From Rhizodiscina lignyota (Eukaryota), in NCBI GenBank assembly GCA_010015805.1, contig ML978121.1, positions 620,001-684,000 on the forward strand: a stretch of DNA of 64,000 nucleotides. The letters are read 5' to 3'. Positions within the stretch are counted from its first letter, which is position 1; each line of letters begins with the position of its first letter. Shown here piece after piece: positions 61,000 to 64,000 of this stretch. The notes under the pieces are model-generated. The model saw nothing but the letters and a program-made list of their open reading frames with translations, was not told where the DNA came from and searched no databases. The position numbers and the translations under genes are program-made.

Positions 61000-62581
61000 G
61001 CAAAGGAGTTGTATATAAATACCTGAGCGTCGAAGGGGACCATCGCGATGGCACACTGATGCAAGAAGCAGAAAAAGTAGCGGCAAAATTTTCGACTAGG
61101 TGTGATAGGCCGAAGAAGGCCTGTCGAGCTGCGCCGATCCTCCAATCATCAAAATTTCTCCCCACACACAGCTCTGCAGGTCGCGTGCAGTGCTTATCGG
61201 CCTGTCTCCGGTCGAGAAGGGATTACCGGCGAGCAGTCCACTGAGATGCAAACGGTCAAGATGCAAGCCCAGAGCTGCGATCAGAGTTCTCGATTTGCAA
61301 AAGTTACTGCAAGATGCCGTTTGCTGGGCGTGTCGATGTTAAGAGGGTGTATATCACTGCATCTCAAGCCGTAGAGATAGGAGATAACCGTTGCGTTATC
61401 AACAAAAGCAGCTTGCATAGCATCCATCAAAGTCATGCGTATCTCTCATCTGTCCAACACCTCGTGAAGCATGTCTCTGGCGACCCATACAAAGAGAAAC
61501 GCTTACAGTGTGTCACCGCACTGGGCTAAGAAGGGCCCTTGACGACCGTTCTAACAACCCGTCCCTGCCGCTGTCCCGCTGCACAATTACGCCGTGTGGC
61601 AGGAATGGTCAGCCTCAAGCTGAGTCCTCGGAGACGCCTATCTTGATATCTCTTCAAGCCATGACCCGATTTCTTCACGTCTAGCAGCCGAATGTAACGC
61701 TATTCGACGCACGATGAAGAGTTTTATGCCGATATAGGCGCCTGAATCCGGATGTATCGACGCAAGCCTTTCAAATGGTCGTTTGAGCAGGCATGTGTGG
61801 CGGACGACGCCTGACATGTGCAGATGATAAGATAGGCGGCGTGGGTCTTCCCCAGGTTTCGAATTGCTCGATGAGATCGAGTAATAGGGGCGTCGCTTAT
61901 GCCCCATATATTAGGTTTAGCGCGGCAAGCCCTAGTCAACTTTAATTCAGCCCAAGGCTTCAAGTAAGATACATTGCAGAATCCATCAATACAAGAGGCC
62001 GGTGGTTAGTGGCCTCCGACGAGCGGTACAGCATCATATCCAAGTGTGCAGGACTGTACGAGTCAGCCTCAAGGTCGCTGAAGAGCCCCCACTTGTGATG
62101 GAAGTGATACAGAGCTTTCTCACAGGTGCGAAGAGGAGGTGTAAGTTACGTGCAACGTGGTGCGGGAGATAACCCCCCTCGCCCCAGTGACAAACATCAA
62201 GCTCTGGTAAGAAGTTCTGTACGGGCAAGGCTCAAACCTGCTACGAAGGTCTAACTTGTGACTGACACGATGCTTAGGGCATGCAGACAGAGGCGCCAAA
62301 TACACTAAAATGTCTCGGCCGGTGATCCTGCACATAAGTCTGGAAGCTGTTGCGGAGCTCCGGCTTGCAATTGAACGGAAACTCGGAAGATGCTCGCACT
62401 GATTGTCGCATCAAGCCCTCGCACGACCTTCCGTCGCATCAAAGATAACGATGAACGAGACTACAACTTAAGCCTTGCTAACTTCTATTATACATGTTCT
62501 AGGTCATGAATCATTACTAGGAACTTCCCATCCACCGACGTCAAAAGGATTGTTTTCCGCGCCACTGAATTCTTCAATCGT

Positions 62582-64000
62582 TTAAACCTGGCCGGCGGTG
62601 TTGAAGTCCTGCAAGGCCTCCTTAATACGCGTAGTCATGGTCTTCTCGCCTTCCCGTACCCACACGCGTGGGTCGTAGAACTTCTTGTTAGGCTTATCCT
62701 CACCTTCAGGATTTCCGACTTGCGTCATAATGTAGTCCTTCTTGTTGAGGACGTAGTCGCGGATGCCGAGGAGGTAAGCCCACTGAAGGTCGGTATCGAG
62801 GTTGACTTTAACCACACCGTACGAAATGGCTTCCTTGTACTGCCCACCATTAGCTTCTCAGTAGTCAAGAGCTGGGAATACGAACCTCCTCCTTCGTGCT
62901 ACCGCTTCCGCCGTGGAACACGAGGAACACTGGCTTTTCATCTTTGGCGCGGGTCTGATCCTTGACGTATTTCTGGTGCTTGGAAAGAAGCTCTGGATGA
63001 AGTTTCACGTTGCCGGGCTTGTAGACGCCGTGGACATTCCCGAAACCTGCAGCGATCGAGAAGTATGGGCTAATCTTGGACAGTCTGGAGTAAATCGCAT
63101 AGATGTCCTCGGGCTGGGTGTAGAGGGAATTGTTGTCGACGTCTTCATTGTTGACACCATCCTCTTCGCCACCGGTTATGCCAATCTCCATCTCGAGCCA
63201 TTGCTTCATGGGAGCGGCGCGTTCGAGGTACTAGCCAACCACATTAATCCCTGAGCAAACCATCAGAGCTCGTCTACCAACCTTCGCCGTTGTGCTGATG
63301 TTGTACTCGACGTCCTCTTCCGAAAGGTCAATCATGCTGTTCCATATCAGCGCCGAAGACATGCAGGGCAGGCTGCATAACGGACTGGGAAGAGAAAAGA
63401 GGCTCGCCATGGAGCTTGAAGTAGGCCTCGTCGGCATCGAGCTAAAATATTGTAAGCTTCCGATCGAAACGGATATAGGATGATATGTCGCTCTCACCAT
63501 GCCATCGAGCCAGGGAAGCAGCTTCTTTGCGCAGTGATCCTATCATAATGAGCATTATTTCCACCTAAGGCACCAACCCTTCACGAACCGTGTGCAAGAC
63601 AACTGGGATATTGTAAATTGGAGCAACCGAACGGATATAGTGTGCAGCAGCGACGGCACCAGCAATCGAGGCTTCTTGGTTGGAGTTGCTCACGCCTGGG
63701 ACTTCTCAGTTCTGCCTACAGAATAGTCAAGCTGATCTAAATTACCTTTGCCAGCGAAGTAGGCCTACAGTAGACCGACGTATCAGTACCATGTTCGTTC
63801 AGTCCGTAATGGGAAGGCTTACCGATCCGCCTTGAGAGGCTTGGAGGATAATCGGAGCGTTCGCGTCTCTAGCAGCCTCGAGAGCCGCAACCACAGTCGA
63901 AGACGAAGTACAGTTGATCGCGGGTATAGCAAAGTTGTTCTCCTGGGCATACTTGAATAGTCTCCGAACATCCTCGCCGCTGTTGCACGTTAGTCTGATG
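62582..64000 (-). CDS. FBA1: Class II fructose-bisphosphate aldolase, 5' end outside window, many short exons
   Basis: FAIPAINCTS, SQGG, LHT|DHCAKKLLPWLDG, MIDLSEE, EIGITGGEEDGV, FGNVHGVYKPGNV, VFHGGSG and KVNLDTD. Confidence 0.96.

Noticed and set aside
62520..62600. Cryptic peroxisomal PTS1 by stop readthrough in FBA1
   Set aside because: The stop is TAA without the TGA-CTA context, and the readthrough frame does not end in an SKL-like tripeptide.
1..64000. tRNA, 5S rRNA, TPP riboswitch or intact transposon
   Set aside because: I recognised no cloverleaf with A/B boxes, riboswitch consensus, transposase or RT motifs, or terminal repeats by eye. A covariance-model scan is needed to exclude small RNAs.

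Overview
This is gene-dense, intron-containing eukaryotic DNA from a filamentous ascomycete (Pezizomycotina-like: mostly ~45-65 nt GT-AG introns with CTRAC/CTRAT branch sites, and RIP-like mutations in a repeat). I read about 26 protein genes, mostly housekeeping: prefoldin 4, PUS7, cytochrome b561-domain protein, mitochondrial PPR protein, histidine acid phosphatase, MOCS1/cnxABC, metallo-beta-lactamase-fold protein, SAS3-type MYST acetyltransferase, complex I MWFE subunit (absent from the ORF track), arylamine N-acetyltransferase, Uds1 coiled-coil protein, GH76, RSM7, CCDC47/DUF1682, a P450, Pho2-like homeobox factor, MDM10, MRT4, an NCS1 permease and a 5'-truncated FBA1, plus orphans and gene relics. 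Main points of interest: (1) a 221-nt intron whose donor lies inside the terminal Gly-Gly-stop of MoaA, switching between MoaA-GG* and a MoaA-MoaC fusion whose linker has an internal presequence-like site; (2) an RSM7 precursor with two presequence/MPP-like motifs flanking an acidic ~80-aa peptide (possible mitochondrial tandem protein); (3) a palindrome-rich ~165-bp tandem array with RIP-type changes; (4) an NCS1 permease with an optional dileucine-bearing N-terminal extension; (5) microexons, a GC-AG intron and very tight convergent gene ends. I saw no rRNA, tRNA, CRISPR array or intact transposon. All splice models were read by eye and none is confirmed by transcript data.
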